Made by a program: the position numbers and the translations under genes. A stretch of 64,000 nt of DNA from a virus (lineage: Duplodnaviria > Caudoviricetes): IMG/VR virus record IMGVR_UViG_3300013426_000014, positions 96,001-160,000 of that record; one strand, written 5' to 3'. The notes under the pieces were generated by a model. That model worked only from the letters and a program-made list of their open reading frames with translations. It was not told the DNA's origin and did no database searches. This document shows, piece after piece, positions 45,095-58,959 of the stretch; positions within the stretch are counted from its first letter, which is position 1; every line of letters starts with the position of its first letter.

Positions 45095-48000
45095 TTATGA
45101 TAGTGTCGCGCTCACAGTGAAACCGCCATACTCAGAATTGAGCAGGTTCCCGCCGAGATCTGTGCCGGTCCACGCGGCCGGATCCGCGCCGGATTTGACA
45201 TATAGGATATTGCCGCCCGAATTCCTGCCGTTGTAACCGGCCGTACTCGTGCCCTGACCGAACGGGAATCATCTGCCATTGTTCCGCTGTCCGATCACAG
45301 GGGCAGAGGCTGATCACATGATCGTCTTCATGTCGAGATTGTTCCTGAACGCATTGTAAGCTATAGCGACGCCTGCCGGTAGACTGAGCGTCTTTATCGT
45401 CGGCAGCGCGCCTGGCGATCAGTTCGAATTCTCAGCAAACGCCTCGATACCGATAGTTTTGAGCGATAATGACTTAGATAAATCTACCGTATCGAACATA
45501 TTTGAGTTAAACGCATAATCGCCAATCGTCTCGAGATTTACACACTCGTCAAGATTACATTCGGTGAACACCCTTTCGATTGATGTCATGCTGAATGCGG
45601 TGTTCCCGATCGTGACAACCGATGTCGGAAGCTTGACAGATTTAAGGTTATTGCATCCCATCATGAAATCATCCGGAATGGCGGTCAGACCAGACGCCTT
45701 CAGATCCGCGTCCGTGACAGTCGTTCTCCTGAATTGCTGACTTCCCGTCAGTTTTATCGATTTCGCGATTTTAAGCGATCCGACCATCGCGCGGAGAAAT
45801 CCATTGCTCTGTATTTCGGTGAGATTCTGAAAATGCGTATCATCTACCACAAAATCCCTTTGTGACAAGCTTCCATCAGAAGATATCCTCGCGTACGAGC
45901 TCATCGATCCCGGTCCGATCACATTGATACTATATAAGTCGTCATCTTCTGCCGCGGCGCCGCACAGCACGACCGTTATCACGCCAGAATCGTTCCTGTA
46001 TATGAAATTCGTCTCTTTCCCTGACAGACGCGAGCTGAACACAGGATTCGCAGCGTCAACCTTGACCGTTCGGATCTTTGACCCAAATGGTGTGATTCCG
46101 ATTGACATAATGCTCGCCGGCAGAGACACGTCGTCGATTTTCGCCCCGCCGTCATATGCATATTCAGACACGAATGCGTAATCGCCTATCGTCTCCACCC
46201 CGTTCTCGAAATCAATCGATCGAATCGACGAGCACTCCGTGACCGCCTCCCTTTCAACCGTGCGCAACGATGACGGAAATATGAATCCTGTAAGGTTCGA
46301 CAAGTTCATTATCGAGTTCCGGCGTATCATCTTGAGATTTGTCAGCGACCGCAAATCGGCGACACCATTTCAGTTCTGGTTATGCAGTCCGTCATTGTTA
46401 TTGTCTTCCGGTGTACTGCCGAATGACACAAATGAATTGTAACACAATGATTCAGTAATATCAGGAAGGATTGTCGAGCCGCACGTGCACACCGTCCCGC
46501 GTTTGTCCCATCCGCTCGACATGTTGGAATAAGTGTCGTTCGCTGCCAGTATGAAGTTCCGGCCGCCGATCCGCTTGCCGTCGACGACGGAGTCGGATCC
46601 ATAAAATTCCGTATTATCCGGATCGACCGTTATCGTCTCGACTGTCGAGCAATATGCAATGATGCCAGAACCGATGGATGTCACAGACGCCGGGATGTGC
46701 AGTGTCTTGATGCCTGAAAACCAGAACACACCGTTTCCAATTGTCTTCACCGTATTCGGTATATCCAATTTTTCCAGTGACATGCAGGATTGGAACGCAT
46801 TTGATGATATCGTCTCGAGACGTGGATACCGACCGAAAGTGATGTTCGTCAGATTCTGACAATTGCTGAACGCGTAATCCTTTATGATGGTGACATTGTC
46901 CTTTATATAGAAGTCCGTAAACTTCGGCGCCTCATATCCATTATCATTCTGTCCGAACGCGTACCTCCCGATTGATGTGACAGTCGCCGGGATTTCTATT
47001 TGCTCAAGCTGGCTGCAGTCAGCGAACATATAGTCAATGATCTCTGTGACATTCGTGAACTTCGCGAACTCATTGAATGTTTTGATATTGGATCTCCGGA
47101 ATTTGGTGCCGATCATAGACGTCGTGAATTCCTCCGCGTCTGTCAGCGTTATGTATGTGCGCCCGTCATCCCAGTCTATGAACACGGTCGGGTCATTCTG
47201 CCGCGCCGTCCGTATGATACCGGCGAGAATATCAAACACCTCCGGGTTGGTATCCTGTGTAAGCAGTATGTTCGGATCCATCATGACCGTGTCGATCGTC
47301 TTCGTGCACAGCTCGCTGCCGTCGTATTTCTTCGTAAACTTGAACCCACAATATCCATTTATATAGGTCTCGCCGCTCATCGCGCCGTCGATCTGTGTCA
47401 CCGTGACGCCGCCGTAAAATTTGTCGTCTGACTTGATCGGCGTCACGTCGGCCTTGCCTTTGAACTCATCTGACATCACAAACTCCACGTCAAACTCGCC
47501 GGTGACGGCGGTGTTGTCGCACCGCCATGTGAAACGGGCGGTCGACCCGCTTATCGATGACGGGCCGGTCACGGTCAAATCTGATTCGGTCGGATACGTT
47601 TTCCGTCTGACCGTCACATTCATGTAGCTGGAATCTGAAATCGGCTCGTCCCCCTCCGCGTCATTGACTGACCGCATCGTCGCCGTAATCCTGACCGTGA
47701 CGTCGCCATTTTCATTATCCTCCACCGCGGTAAGCACATGTGTCGATCTGTTGAACGTCAGTCCCTCGCGACTGTTTGACACGAATATGTTCGAATCATC
47801 CGCGCTTATGCTGGCGGGCGACATCGAATACTGTACGGCGAACTCCCTGTGCATCTCAGCGACAGGTATGAACGTCACCGCCGTATATTCGGCGCTCGAC
47901 CCGTCAAGCAATTCAGACGGGCCGGATATCACGATCTTCGGCGAATTCGCCGTGATGAACAGTCCGCGGCCGTAACTTGACTTGTCAAACACGTTCTTGC

Positions 48001-51000
48001 CGTATATCGCCTGTATCTTCGCGATCTGCCCCGCGTCCGGGACGGACGACAACTGTATGAATCCGGTCAACGTCAATGACTTCATCCCGGCGCCGAACTC
48101 AACGAGCGCGTCCGGCGACACACCGTCCCATGATATGTTCGACACATTGAGTGTGCATTCCGAGTTGGGAATGTTGTTCGTGACACGGGCGTCATGCCAC
48201 TTGCGGAAGAACTGCCATGATGACTGTAACGTCGGACAGTTCCTGACTGTCATCGATGTCACATTCTTGCCTCCACCATCTTCGCCGAGCCGCAGGCCGG
48301 ATAATTCCAGCTTCGTCAGACCGGAGAAGTTGACGGTCGTTATCGAATCCGGCAGGACGACCTCTGTGAGCGGCGCACCGTCGGCGAACCTTATTGACGT
48401 CAGGCCGGACTCTGCCGCCCAGAATTTCTTAAGGTAATTCAGCTTGACCAGATCCGCGCCGATGTCCTTAAGCCCGGTGAATCCCGTTATGTCAAGCTCC
48501 TCCAGTGACGCGAGACTTCCGAGGCCGGAATAGTTCGTGCCCTGAAGACCGGTGTTCCGTATCCCGCTCTTCGTGTGGTCACCGAGATACAGCCGCCGCA
48601 TCTTTGATCCAAGGTCGGCATTCCACGCGCCGCCAATGTTCAGACGCGTCAGCGCATAGCTCGAACCGTCCGACCCCTGACTGACGAGATTCCTGAGGTC
48701 AAGCTCCTCGATGTTTCACGGGTTGTACACCGCGACCGGCGAGCCGACCTGAAGGGTCATGTACAGCTCGAACCCGTGTCGCGTCTCTGACTCCGGCCTG
48801 ACATTGCCGTCGGCGTCGACTGATCCGTTCGCGTAAAGGTGTACGCCTGACTCCTGCACGCGGTTGTTTGTCCCGTACGCGAAATATGCGTCGTTACCGG
48901 ACGTTATGTAGAACTTCGTCCCTATCTGTACGGCCGGCGCGAGGAACGTGATCGCCTGTTTCTTGTAACTCTCGTTCATGAACAACGCGTCATAATAGTC
49001 GAAACGGTGTGACAGTCACCAGCGCCTGTGTGTCTTTCTTGAACCCTGCAGCGAGCCAAGGTAGTTCTCGTTGTCGGTCAGATACGAATCGATGTACTTG
49101 TACTCCGCGTCGATGTTGAACACCTTCTCTGGTCACTGCCCGCTCTGCAGGTTCTCGAACATGTTGAGCACGCCGCTGTATGTCAGGCCGGCGTTGTTCA
49201 GCGCGCTGTCGACCGCCGGAACTATCGACTTCATGAACTCGTCGTCTGCCTCCAGACAGTTCCACAGCGTGGACTCGCGGGCAGCATAGCAGAAGTCGTT
49301 GATCTCATTATCGAAACTGTTCCTCGTGATCTCTGGCCCGTACTTGAGCAGACCGTCGTTCCTGACGCCGAGTATGGTGTCGTTATCATAATTGATGTAG
49401 TACCAGTGCTGTCCGTCCTCTGACGTGAACATCGCGTTCTTGACTGTCTGATCGACGGCGGCGAAACGTATGAGATAGATGTAATATGCCGCTATCTTAT
49501 ACATGTCGAAGTGCTCCCACTTCTCCGCCGCGAAACGGTCGGGATTTTTCCAGCTTATTATCTTGTTGTAAACGTTCGCCTCCGACTGAGCGAAATACCT
49601 GTTCGTCGTCCGCGTCCCCGCCACCTCGTTTCCGTTTTGGTCCTTCTCCACATATACGTAACCTGAATCCTTGTCGTCGAAATATATGTACGGCGACGGC
49701 TCGACCCTCCCCGTGAGACCGTCCTTGTGATAAAGCGTGGTCTTGAACTCCGATATTTTGCCGGCGGCGTATAGTGTCCTGAATTCTGTTATCAAATCAT
49801 CCGTGATCGGATTGTTCATCGCGCTGTCAGTGAACAGCCGCGGCTTGTCGAGGACCGTTCCGTCCTCGTTTCGCGGCGTGAGCGACAACTCTTCCACATG
49901 GGCACTGTTGCCAGACAGTTGACTCGGCAATACCTCGTCGAACACGGCGTACGTGACGACGTCAGGCACATTGTCGCCCTTTATCTCGCGCTCTATCACA
50001 CAGTCGTTCCTTATGCCGCACATCCATTTCGCGAACGGCAGCACATACTTCTCCCATCTCAGGAACGCGTCCGGCCTTGTCTTGACCCCGGTGTCGGTAT
50101 CAAGTTCATAACCGTCAGACGTCAGTCCATCCGGCTGATCGTCTGGATACCTGGCCTCGAAACCGCGTGCCCAACCAAACGTCTCGATACCGGCGTCATA
50201 GTCATCCCACCCGTCTATGTTCTTATACAGCGCGATGTCATTACCGGAGTCGATAAGCTCTCAACACTGCATCGTGTCCTTGTACTTGAGCGTCCGCGCC
50301 TCGTCCGCCGAAACGGATCCGCCCAGCGCCGCGGAATATTTGACCGGGTCGACGTCGATGACCGAATCGTCGAACGACCACTGTTTCTCCGGCGGAACTT
50401 CAACGTTCTTGTCGTAATTGAGTGAATGCTCCCAGTCGACATCACAGAACCCGAACACCGCCTCATTCGACTTGTCATTGTTGAAATTGTACTTGCCCAT
50501 GAACACCAGATCAGATTTCTCGTCCTTCTGGTAGAACATGACGATAGGGAATCCGTCGACCGTCGTCCTGACATCATATCCGAAGCCGTTCGCGTCCGCC
50601 ATCGTCTGTGCCTTTGTCCTCAGCACTGTCTCATTGTTTGCCGACTGTGATGCATTCTGCTTCACGATAGCGAGACCGGTCCACATGTATGTCCCATCTT
50701 CGTATTTCTTTACAGGCTTATTCGCCTCGACCGACGACGGGTCGGTCGACTTGTCCCATATATCAATGCTGTCATCTGACATATAACCGCTAATCACAGT
50801 ATAATCTACCTGCACATAAACGAAACGGTCATACCCATCGATAAGTTCATCTGTCAATATCCCGTCTGCGTTGTATTCCGTAAGCGATTTTGTATCAGTG
50901 ACGCCATCCTTTACACCACATACTCAATAATACGAGCTGCCGATTGCCGGTGTATACGTTACACGGGCATTATATAAGATATTATTCCATAGTCTGGCGA

Positions 51001-53599
51001 TACCAGTGTTGTGGGAAGAAGATGATTCCGCGAAGTCCGCCTTTATTGTCCAGCGTGGCACAGCCTGTGGCTCACCGTTCTCCCAATCACCTCTATTGCG
51101 GAATGAGAAATAGTATTTGCGTTTGTCCTTATCACCGGGTTTCTTCGGCGCCTTGCCTTTTGGATCCAGCTTCGTTCAGAACGCAGATGAGTCTTCTGAT
51201 ATATTATCTTTTGACATCTTGTAGAAGATGCAGTCATCCGCGTTTCATTTCGCCGGGGTGTTATCTGGCGTCTCTGTCGGCTTCTGCATCTTACTGAACT
51301 CACCGTATAACCTATAGTTACGTTTCGGATATGTCATCGACGATGTTCCTTGCGGACCCATACCGGCGTTAAGATAGACAAAACACGTTTCCTTGTTCTC
51401 TGTACCACAGTTGACATAATCATAGTACTTGATCTTCGGTACGATAATAACCGCTTTCTTGTTTGTGCCTTTTTCATCGAGTACATTAAGGTATCCCGTC
51501 ACGACCATGACTGGAATGGTTGCGGCAAGTTTATCTATAGAAATAGCATTATTCTCTGATATATTGTTGCTGTTGAATAGATTAAGCATTTCTGCCGTCG
51601 TATCACGGTAAAGAATGTAGTTATTAAGAACCTCATCATTCTGCAGTGCGCGGTTATAGACGCGGATCTGCTTAAGCGATATCTCCGCCGTCTGCTTGCC
51701 CGTGAACTTTATCGTCGACGGAGTGACGAAGCTGTCGTCCGCCGTATAGTTAATCGCGCCCGATATGACGCCATTAACAAATAACAATATGACGCGGCGC
51801 CCCGTGTCAGCGGCCGGTTTAATGACGAACGACAGACGGATGTTCTCACCGGACTTATACTTGACCGACACCTTCTGCCCCGCCGCCGTTATAAGCGACG
51901 CCTCCGACGCGGTCACGGTGATACCGGCGCCGGTCGGCTCGCCGTCCGTGCCCGTCCGCCGCATCTCGCACAGGACGGCGGTGTCGTCATTAACGTTCAT
52001 CGTGTTGAACTCGAACTCTATCGTCCGGCCGGCGTTCATTATCACGGTGTCGTCAGAGAATGGCATGAAGTTTTTGAAGTCAACGGACGCGCCGTTGTTT
52101 ATGTTGAGTCTGTTGTCCGACCATCCGGACGCGGCGGACCAGTCGAAATTCTGAAAATCCGCGACGCAAGTCGTCCTCGTGCCCGGTATCTTGTATGTTC
52201 AGTCCGCCTTGTTCGACGAGCTGTTTGTCCTGCCGTTCGCGGCGAACGCGAAGATGAGACCGTTGTCCTCGCCTATCTCGCCGATGCCCATTGTGTTTTG
52301 TGCGACGTCGATGTCGATGTCGCGGACGTAATTGTCGGACTGTATTCTCACCTTCCCTGGACCTGTGAACGGCGGCGTGAACGTCACGCTGTCCTGTTCA
52401 CCGGCAGAAATCGACCGCTCCGCTATGAGATCGGTTGCTGATCCTGTCCCTTCCGTGAGATATATCTTGACTGGTATGTCGGTCCTTGAATCAGGGGAGT
52501 ATACCGCGTAATACAGGGTGTACGGCGTGTATTGTGTGAGATCGTAAAGCGTTGGCGCCTTATTCGCCCCGTCAGCCGTGATCTTGACCTTGTCTTTCGG
52601 TATTACCGTCTTGATCGCCGACATGAACGGGCCGATTCCGGAACGAGTGAACATGAAGTCTCTGTACAGCATGTCGGAATAGAACCTGGTCGCGCCGTCG
52701 CCGGCGATGATGTACGCCCTGTACTGAACGGTGTGCACGCCAGCTGCCGCGTTCTCCAAATTGATCATCCTCGTTTTCGTCATGCCGCCCGGCTGCAGCG
52801 TCCCCTCCGACACGGTCGAGTCGAGCTCGCCATCGACATACCACTCCGTATACGCCGTGCCGTTACCCGCTATGTTATACACAACATCGAGCGTCATCTT
52901 CTCATCAAGATCCTGTACGACGGATATGTCGGCCGAATCAGTCAGCGTCAGGTTGATGACGTTAAAACTAAATGGATATGTAGCGGAAACCTTGTGAACC
53001 TGTCCGGTAATGGTAACGGTGACGGTCAATGACGCGTTAATTGCGACGCCGTCCTCATAAAGGAAGTCGTCAAGCTGTATCGTGACATCGGTGTTCGACG
53101 CCGACAACGGCATCGATCTCGTCACCGCCGGACGCACGTCATTCGCGTAACGCACGACATAAGTGCAGTTGACCGCCTCGCCGGTCGGTATCGGCGATCC
53201 AGTCGACGTCTGCACAAGTGACCATTCGAACCTGATTCTGTTGTTAAGTTCACCGGTAAACACATACTGTTTTTCTGTCCCGTCGAGCGGTTTTATCGAC
53301 GCCGCGTATTTGGACGGGACCTCGAAATAGCCAATGACGAGATCCGCGGTGTCGGCATGATTCTCCGACTTGTCCGCCGCCCATTTCTCGTAATCCGCCT
53401 CTGTCGAGAACACATAACACTGTGACGACTCCATATCTGTGTAGAAATAACCGGCCCTTTTCTTGAAGTTGTCCTTGATGTATTTCTGCACGACGGATCC
53501 GTCGAGCGGCAGGTTTTCTGTGGTGTCGTCGCCGACGCCCCAATCGAGCACGCTGTTGTTCCAGTCAATCGGTTTATCCCACGCCTTCTTCTTCGCCAT
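45095..53599 (-). CDS. Giant tail-fibre/adhesin: LamG-like + CotH-kinase-like + BspA (LRR_5) repeats, 2834 aa with TGA=Trp
   Basis: Seven track ORFs in one frame broken only by TGA; QGTSSMTYPKRNY, KADFAESSSSHNTG, FMGKYNFNNDKS, YDNDTILG; LRR_5 units such as IPATVTSIGRYAF. Confidence 0.82.
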
Positions 53600-53614
53600 A
53601 TGCTGATGTGTCTT

Positions 53615-53803
53615 TTATTCGTTGTTTTTCCACGGATCCGTATTGATCCACGGCTTGTCGTTTATCCAGTATCCGCGTCCGTAACAGGAGCGGACCGCCT
53701 GTCATACAAGACGGTCTCCCTTATAGATCGCGGTGATGTTTCTTTCCATCCCGTCGACGAAGCAGTGAACGCCCGTCACGTTTTTGCCGTCTTTATGTAT
53801 CAT
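53615..53803 (-). CDS. Small Trp-rich fibre-associated protein, 62 aa (absent from track)
   Basis: IYKGDRLV-W(TGA)-QAVRSCYGRGYWINDKPWINTDPWKN. Confidence 0.75.
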
Positions 53804-53819
53804 GTTTATTTACCGTCTG

Positions 53820-55706
53820 TTATTCATCCTCGTAAATGAAATATATCACGTCCGGATCGTGCGGGTTGGACTCGTACCAGTCCTCCGTCACAAACTGGTG
53901 TCCGTTTATGATCCGCCTGTACTCGGCCTCTATTATCGCGTCGAGCGTGAACGATCCGATGACTTTCCATTCTGTCCCGGTCCATGTGAACTCATAATAA
54001 AGCGGGTCGGATCCGGCCTTACGGGCGAGATACACCTTGTCGCCGACCGGATCCGCGACCGCGGCGGCGATTTCTACTGCAGTTCCGTCTGATATATCGG
54101 TGTCGACGACGATGAACGGATTCTCCGGCAGGCGCTCGTCGATATACTTCTGCATATCAGACCGGACGGAGTTGATCGACCCGGCAAGCGTGTTGTCCGC
54201 CGCTTTCATCGCCGATTCAATTTCATCATCCCTCTTGTCAAGCGCCACTATCTTTTTGTCATACACAGACGTGTCGACTTTTTCCGAAAGCGCGGATTTG
54301 ACAGCGCCAGACGACACGGGATCGTCCGACTCGTCGATCTCCGTCTTTATCCTCGCGTCGAGATATTCCTTGACGAAAGCCGCGACCGCGGCGGATGTCG
54401 GCACGGTCGAATCGGCGGACGCGACCATGCCGTCCGCCGTCCCCGTCACCGATTTGCCGCCGACACGATCTGCGTTGTCAGCCTGTGGCACCGATATGGC
54501 GCCCAGGTCGAGCGTAATGTCACCCATATTCGGGTCATACACCGCGGATCCCGACACGCCCGCCGCCGTCTTGTACTTCACTGTCAATGATGGATAGTCG
54601 CCGGTCGACAGGACCGGAAGCTGCACGCTTATCGTCTGGTCTTCGACCTCCGTTATATGGCCGTTCGCATCGTATGATGTCCGCGGAACGGTAAATGAGT
54701 ATACGGACGCATCATTGTCCTTCACCGCATGCGGTATGAATATATCAGTGTTATCCGCCGTATGACCGGCGGATATCTTGTTGACATGCCCGACAGTCAA
54801 GCCGTCGGATCCAATCTCAATGCCGTCCGTCCCGGTAATATGTTTTCACTCACGGTGATCGGTCAGCACCCTGCTTACATCAGTTGTCTCGCCAGTCGCC
54901 GGCGCGTAACCGGCGTTGGTCCTGTCATATAAATCGGACGGTGACTCGATGACGTTTCAGTGGACCGGACTGCCGTCCGATCCATCATTATCACAGATAA
55001 GTACGTCACCGGCGTTCTTCACGACAATGTCGACGGTGATTTCATTACCGACCGCGTCAGTCGATTTATAGTGGTATGTGTTCGCGTCTACCACCTTGTA
55101 CGACGCGCCGGCCTTCGGATTATCAGGCAGGTCATAATTGTCAGAGTATGTCCCGTCCGGGTTGAGCTTTGTTCCCTTGCCAATCACCTTCATGACGAAT
55201 GTCGATGCGTTCTCATTGATGAGATACATGACACGTGAGTTCGTCGCGAGTGACGCGTCCGCTGTGCCGGCGAGCTGATACTCGACAGTCGACACATCGA
55301 CGACGTGGCCGTACTCGTCTATCGTTATGAACGGGCATTTCAATGACGCCGTCTCGTTATCGTCCATGACGTTCCACTCCGATTTCAGCTTCTTTGCGTC
55401 CGCCGCCGACAAAGGATGTATGCTCCTAACGTCGACTGTCTTGTCCGCGGATCCATCATAGTCGAAAGAGTTTGTCCCATTCGTCACCGTCAGTGGATGC
55501 GCGACTGTCGCGTTTATCCGCCGCGCTTCACCGCCGTTCGACAGTGAGTCAAGAAAATACAGCGTGCTGTCATCCCGCACATAGATGATGGCGTTCCTGA
55601 TGCCGTCGTACAAACGCTGTATCTCGCCGGTCGTGTCTATCTTGTCGAGCATCACCGCGTCGACAGACACGAACTTGATCATATCGGCTATATTACTGTT
55701 CGCCAT
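53820..55706 (-). CDS. Tail fibre protein, 628 aa with TGA=Trp
   Basis: Two ORFs joined via TGA at 54957 and ~54846; YDANGHITEV, DKVYLAR...YYEFTWTGTEWKVIG, HDPDVIYFIYE fibre motifs. Confidence 0.72.
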
Positions 55707-55708
55707 CA

Positions 55709-57622
55709 CTAACTGATATTATTCTTTACGTAATCCTTCCTGTACGTCCTGCCGCGGAGCGTGACGTTGATGACACTCGATAGATTGTCGATATCGTCGT
55801 AATACTCGACGCCGGACGGGGACATGAACGACTCCGCGTTGACCGACCTGAACACCGGCAGTAGGTCCTGCACCTCCGTCTGCGTCCCGGCCGCGTCGGT
55901 GAGCTTGCGCGTCAGAATGATATCGCCAAACTCATCCAACCCGTAACTGCCGTCACCGTAATACGTCGAGTTGTTCCGGTCGGCATCGAAATAAACTGAC
56001 ACGGAATCAACACCGTCGATCCCTTCGATGGCCGCGACCAGATCGGACGACGGGATCCTGTCCCGTCTCGTGTTCGATATAAGGTAATCAGAAACGGCCG
56101 ACACGATCTCGTGCTTGACATTCTCAAAAGTGTAGCCCTCTCACATCTGTATGAAAATGTTGACTGCAAATTGTGGCATCTTCGGGTCGATGATCTCATT
56201 ATCCACCGTTATGATACGCTGACCGGACTCCTCTATCAGGTCAAGAATTCCCTTCTTCTCATCATCCGTTAGCTTGAAACATTTCGGGTCGCATGTAAAG
56301 TAATTTTCAGACACGCCCATCCGCTTCGATATGTCGGGTACAAGGAAAAGATATATGATATTGTCATCGAGCTTCGAGTCACGGACCGCCGCCTCCGCCT
56401 TGTCAAGCTCAGTCTCCGCGTCCTTAAACGCGGCAAGCTTGTCCTGTGCGAGAAGAGAGTTGACACCGGTCAGGTTGACCTGCGACTTATACTCATTTTG
56501 CACACGAAGGTAGTTGCTCATCGCCACGCCGTATTTCGTCTCGGCGGTCGAATCCTCGTATGTAGAGAAGCCGGATATCGTATCGATGACTGAGAACATG
56601 TTCAGTTTCCTCAGAAAATACTCATAATTGGTCGCGTTCGCCAAAACGAACGATCTCGATGCGTGCGGGGCGATGAGCCGCGTCACCGGTATTACCTCCG
56701 GCGTCGCCCCGAACAGGACGTCTGTCACGGCGGATATCGAAAATATCTCATTGAGCGACACCTCCTCCCCGCGGTCGTTCCAACCGTTCGACTCGAACGT
56801 CCACGCGTCGTTATCGGACACGGAAACGGACTCTATATTGCCGGCGTCGGCGGACGACACGAGATACTCGACCTTGATCGTTGACCCCTGATCCGGGACA
56901 CGTCCCTGAGCGCCGGTGCCGAAAAATATGTCTATCCCGCCGGACGCGCCGGTCTTGACTATGCACGCTTTCTCGTCGAATGTCATGTCGAGCAGCGACT
57001 CGACGACACGCCACCGCTCGCCGTTCACGTACACATTAACGAAGAACTGATCGATGTTGCCCTCTCCGCGAAACGGGACATTGAAGCTGTCGAGCGCGTA
57101 ACCCGAACCCGTGAACTGCTGGTATTTGACCGCGCCCTGTACAATAGGGACATCGATCGTCGACTCCGACGACCCGACTATCACGTACATCCGCTCCGAC
57201 GGCATGTTGAGTACATACTTCATGCCGTTCGCGTAATTCTTTATGACCGTGTAGTTCGGTATAATCACCGTGTCGCCGTCGTAATCGGTCGCGGATCTGC
57301 AGGTCAGTCTGACCGTTCCTCTGGCGGCGACACCCCTTGACGGATTATGCCCGGTCAGAGTGGCGAGCCCGCGGACCGAACGAGGGTGAAAGGCCCTTGT
57401 TATGTTGAGCTCGTTTATCGACGTCGATATATAGTACAATATCATTCTGCCGATATGCAGTATCACTTGTACTATCTGGAAGAACGGCGACGCCGTTGTG
57501 AACGTCTCACCATTATCTTTGTACACGCCTTTCAGATAGCCGATCACGTCCTCCCTCATCTGCGAGAAACGCAGACGGGAACGCTTGAATATGTTGAGCT
57601 CCTCGCCTTTCTTGCCTGCCAT
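55709..57622 (-). CDS. Baseplate wedge subunit (T4 gp6-like), 637 aa with TGA=Trp
   Basis: SVRGLATLTGHNPSRG, IFFGTGAQGRVP, YLVSS, VLANATNYEY; joined at TGA 56141. Confidence 0.85.
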
Positions 57623-57644
57623 TCGCCGAATATTATTTCTCAAA

Positions 57645-57695
57645 TATTTATCAATCTGAGCCGTCCGGCCAGCCGGGGCGGAAAACCGATAAATA
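57645..57695. promoter_or_regulatory. Divergent pair of putative late promoters GATAAATA (57645-57652 minus; 57688-57695 plus)
   Basis: Each is about 22 nt upstream of its ATG (57622 and 57718). Confidence 0.65.
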
Positions 57696-57717
57696 TGCAA
57701 AGAACATAACCCGTAAC

Positions 57718-58059
57718 ATGAAGAGACTGATTATTTTCATATTGTCCGCTGTGTTGCTCGCCGCGTGTGGGCCGGGGAACAAGGTGAACACCGGGACGGA
57801 TCCGGTGGCGTCGTCGATGCGGCTCGTTGAGTACAGGATGATCGGTCCATGACAGATCGACTCGATGATGACGGCGGAAAGACTGCCGGAAATCGAAAAA
57901 TGGACGCGGACCCTGCTCGTGTCGGATGAGACGAAAGATCCGGTGGAGCAGTGATTGACGACAATGAAGACAGACTCGACAAAGACCGACTTCACGCTGA
58001 CGCGTCTCGCCACGGCAGACACGTCGATGCTATACAGAAAGATAATATACAGATGGTAA
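57718..58059 (+). CDS. Lipoprotein, 113 aa with TGA=Trp (absent from track)
   Basis: MKRLIIFILSAVLLAA-C lipobox; two in-frame TGA; TAA overlaps the next ATG. Confidence 0.75.
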
Positions 58060-58694
58060 TGAATTACGGATGATCGCCGTCGCAGCTGGACGGCACCGAA
58101 CATATAGCGGCATATGACAACGCCGACATGCCGGATGCATTCTCGTTTAAGGACGCGATCCCGTCGGCGCTCAATCAGGGGTCGACATCGACATGCGTCC
58201 CGCACGCCTGCTCCGCGCTGTATGACTGGATGGAGTCGTTGAAGGCCGGATCACCGACGTCTTACGGGATGTCAATATACAACATATATGACAGGCGTCA
58301 AAACCGGCCGGAAGAGGGAATGAGTTTCAAGAACGCCCTTCACGACTTGCTGCATATCGGCGCGGTAAAGCCGGATGAGTACAAACGGCATGATTTCTCG
58401 AACGCGTGGAGGATCAAGGAGTACGCGATGGTCAGAAACATCATATCGCTCAAGAACTGTGTCATGATGAACGGCCCGGTCATGATAGCGACACTCGTCC
58501 GCGACCCGGATTCAACGAAATACTGGAACGGCGCCGGCAATTACGGCGGGCATGCTGTATGCTGTGTTGGATGAGACCGCAAGGGATTGATAATCAGAAA
58601 TTCATGAGGCAGGAATTGAGGAATCGGAGGATATACCCGTATGCCTTATGACGAGTTCGGCGCCGTGCTGGAGGCGTGAACCGCGATATTATAA
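58059..58694 (+). CDS. Papain-family (C1A) cysteine peptidase, 211 aa with TGA=Trp
   Basis: NQGSTSTC catalytic Cys, GGHAVCCVG-W-D, IRNS-W-GRN-W-GIGGY; five TGA (58071, 58572, 58605, 58617, 58677). Confidence 0.9.
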
Positions 58695-58703
58695 CGAACA
58701 GAC

Positions 58704-58955
58704 ATGATACAGTACAACAAGAAACCGAGGCTGTACAACGCCGTCCACTTCAGGGACAGAATCAGCGGACTGGGCTTTGACTACCACGGCAAGGTGTTCC
58801 GCAAGACAATGAGTCCTGCCGTGTTCGCGAACAAGAAGACGGCGGCGATGATCGACTATATAGGGAAAATGATCGACTTTCTTATCGACCAGGTCAAGCT
58901 GATCCCCGTGCATTTCTCGATAGCGCATGACAAGGGCAGCATCAACATAAACTAA
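58704..58955 (+). CDS. Hypothetical structural-operon protein, 83 aa
   Basis: Clean ORF tightly packed between neighbours. Confidence 0.65.
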   Translation: MIQYNKKPRLYNAVHFRDRISGLGFDYHGKVFRKTMSPAVFANKKTAAMIDYIGKMIDFLIDQVKLIPVHFSIAHDKGSININ

Positions 58956-58959
58956 CGCG

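Noticed and set aside
50857-51245. Intron or intein in the ORF-track gap of the giant fibre gene
   Set aside because: The frame is continuous with TGA=Trp and contains the conserved KADFAESSSSHNTG motif
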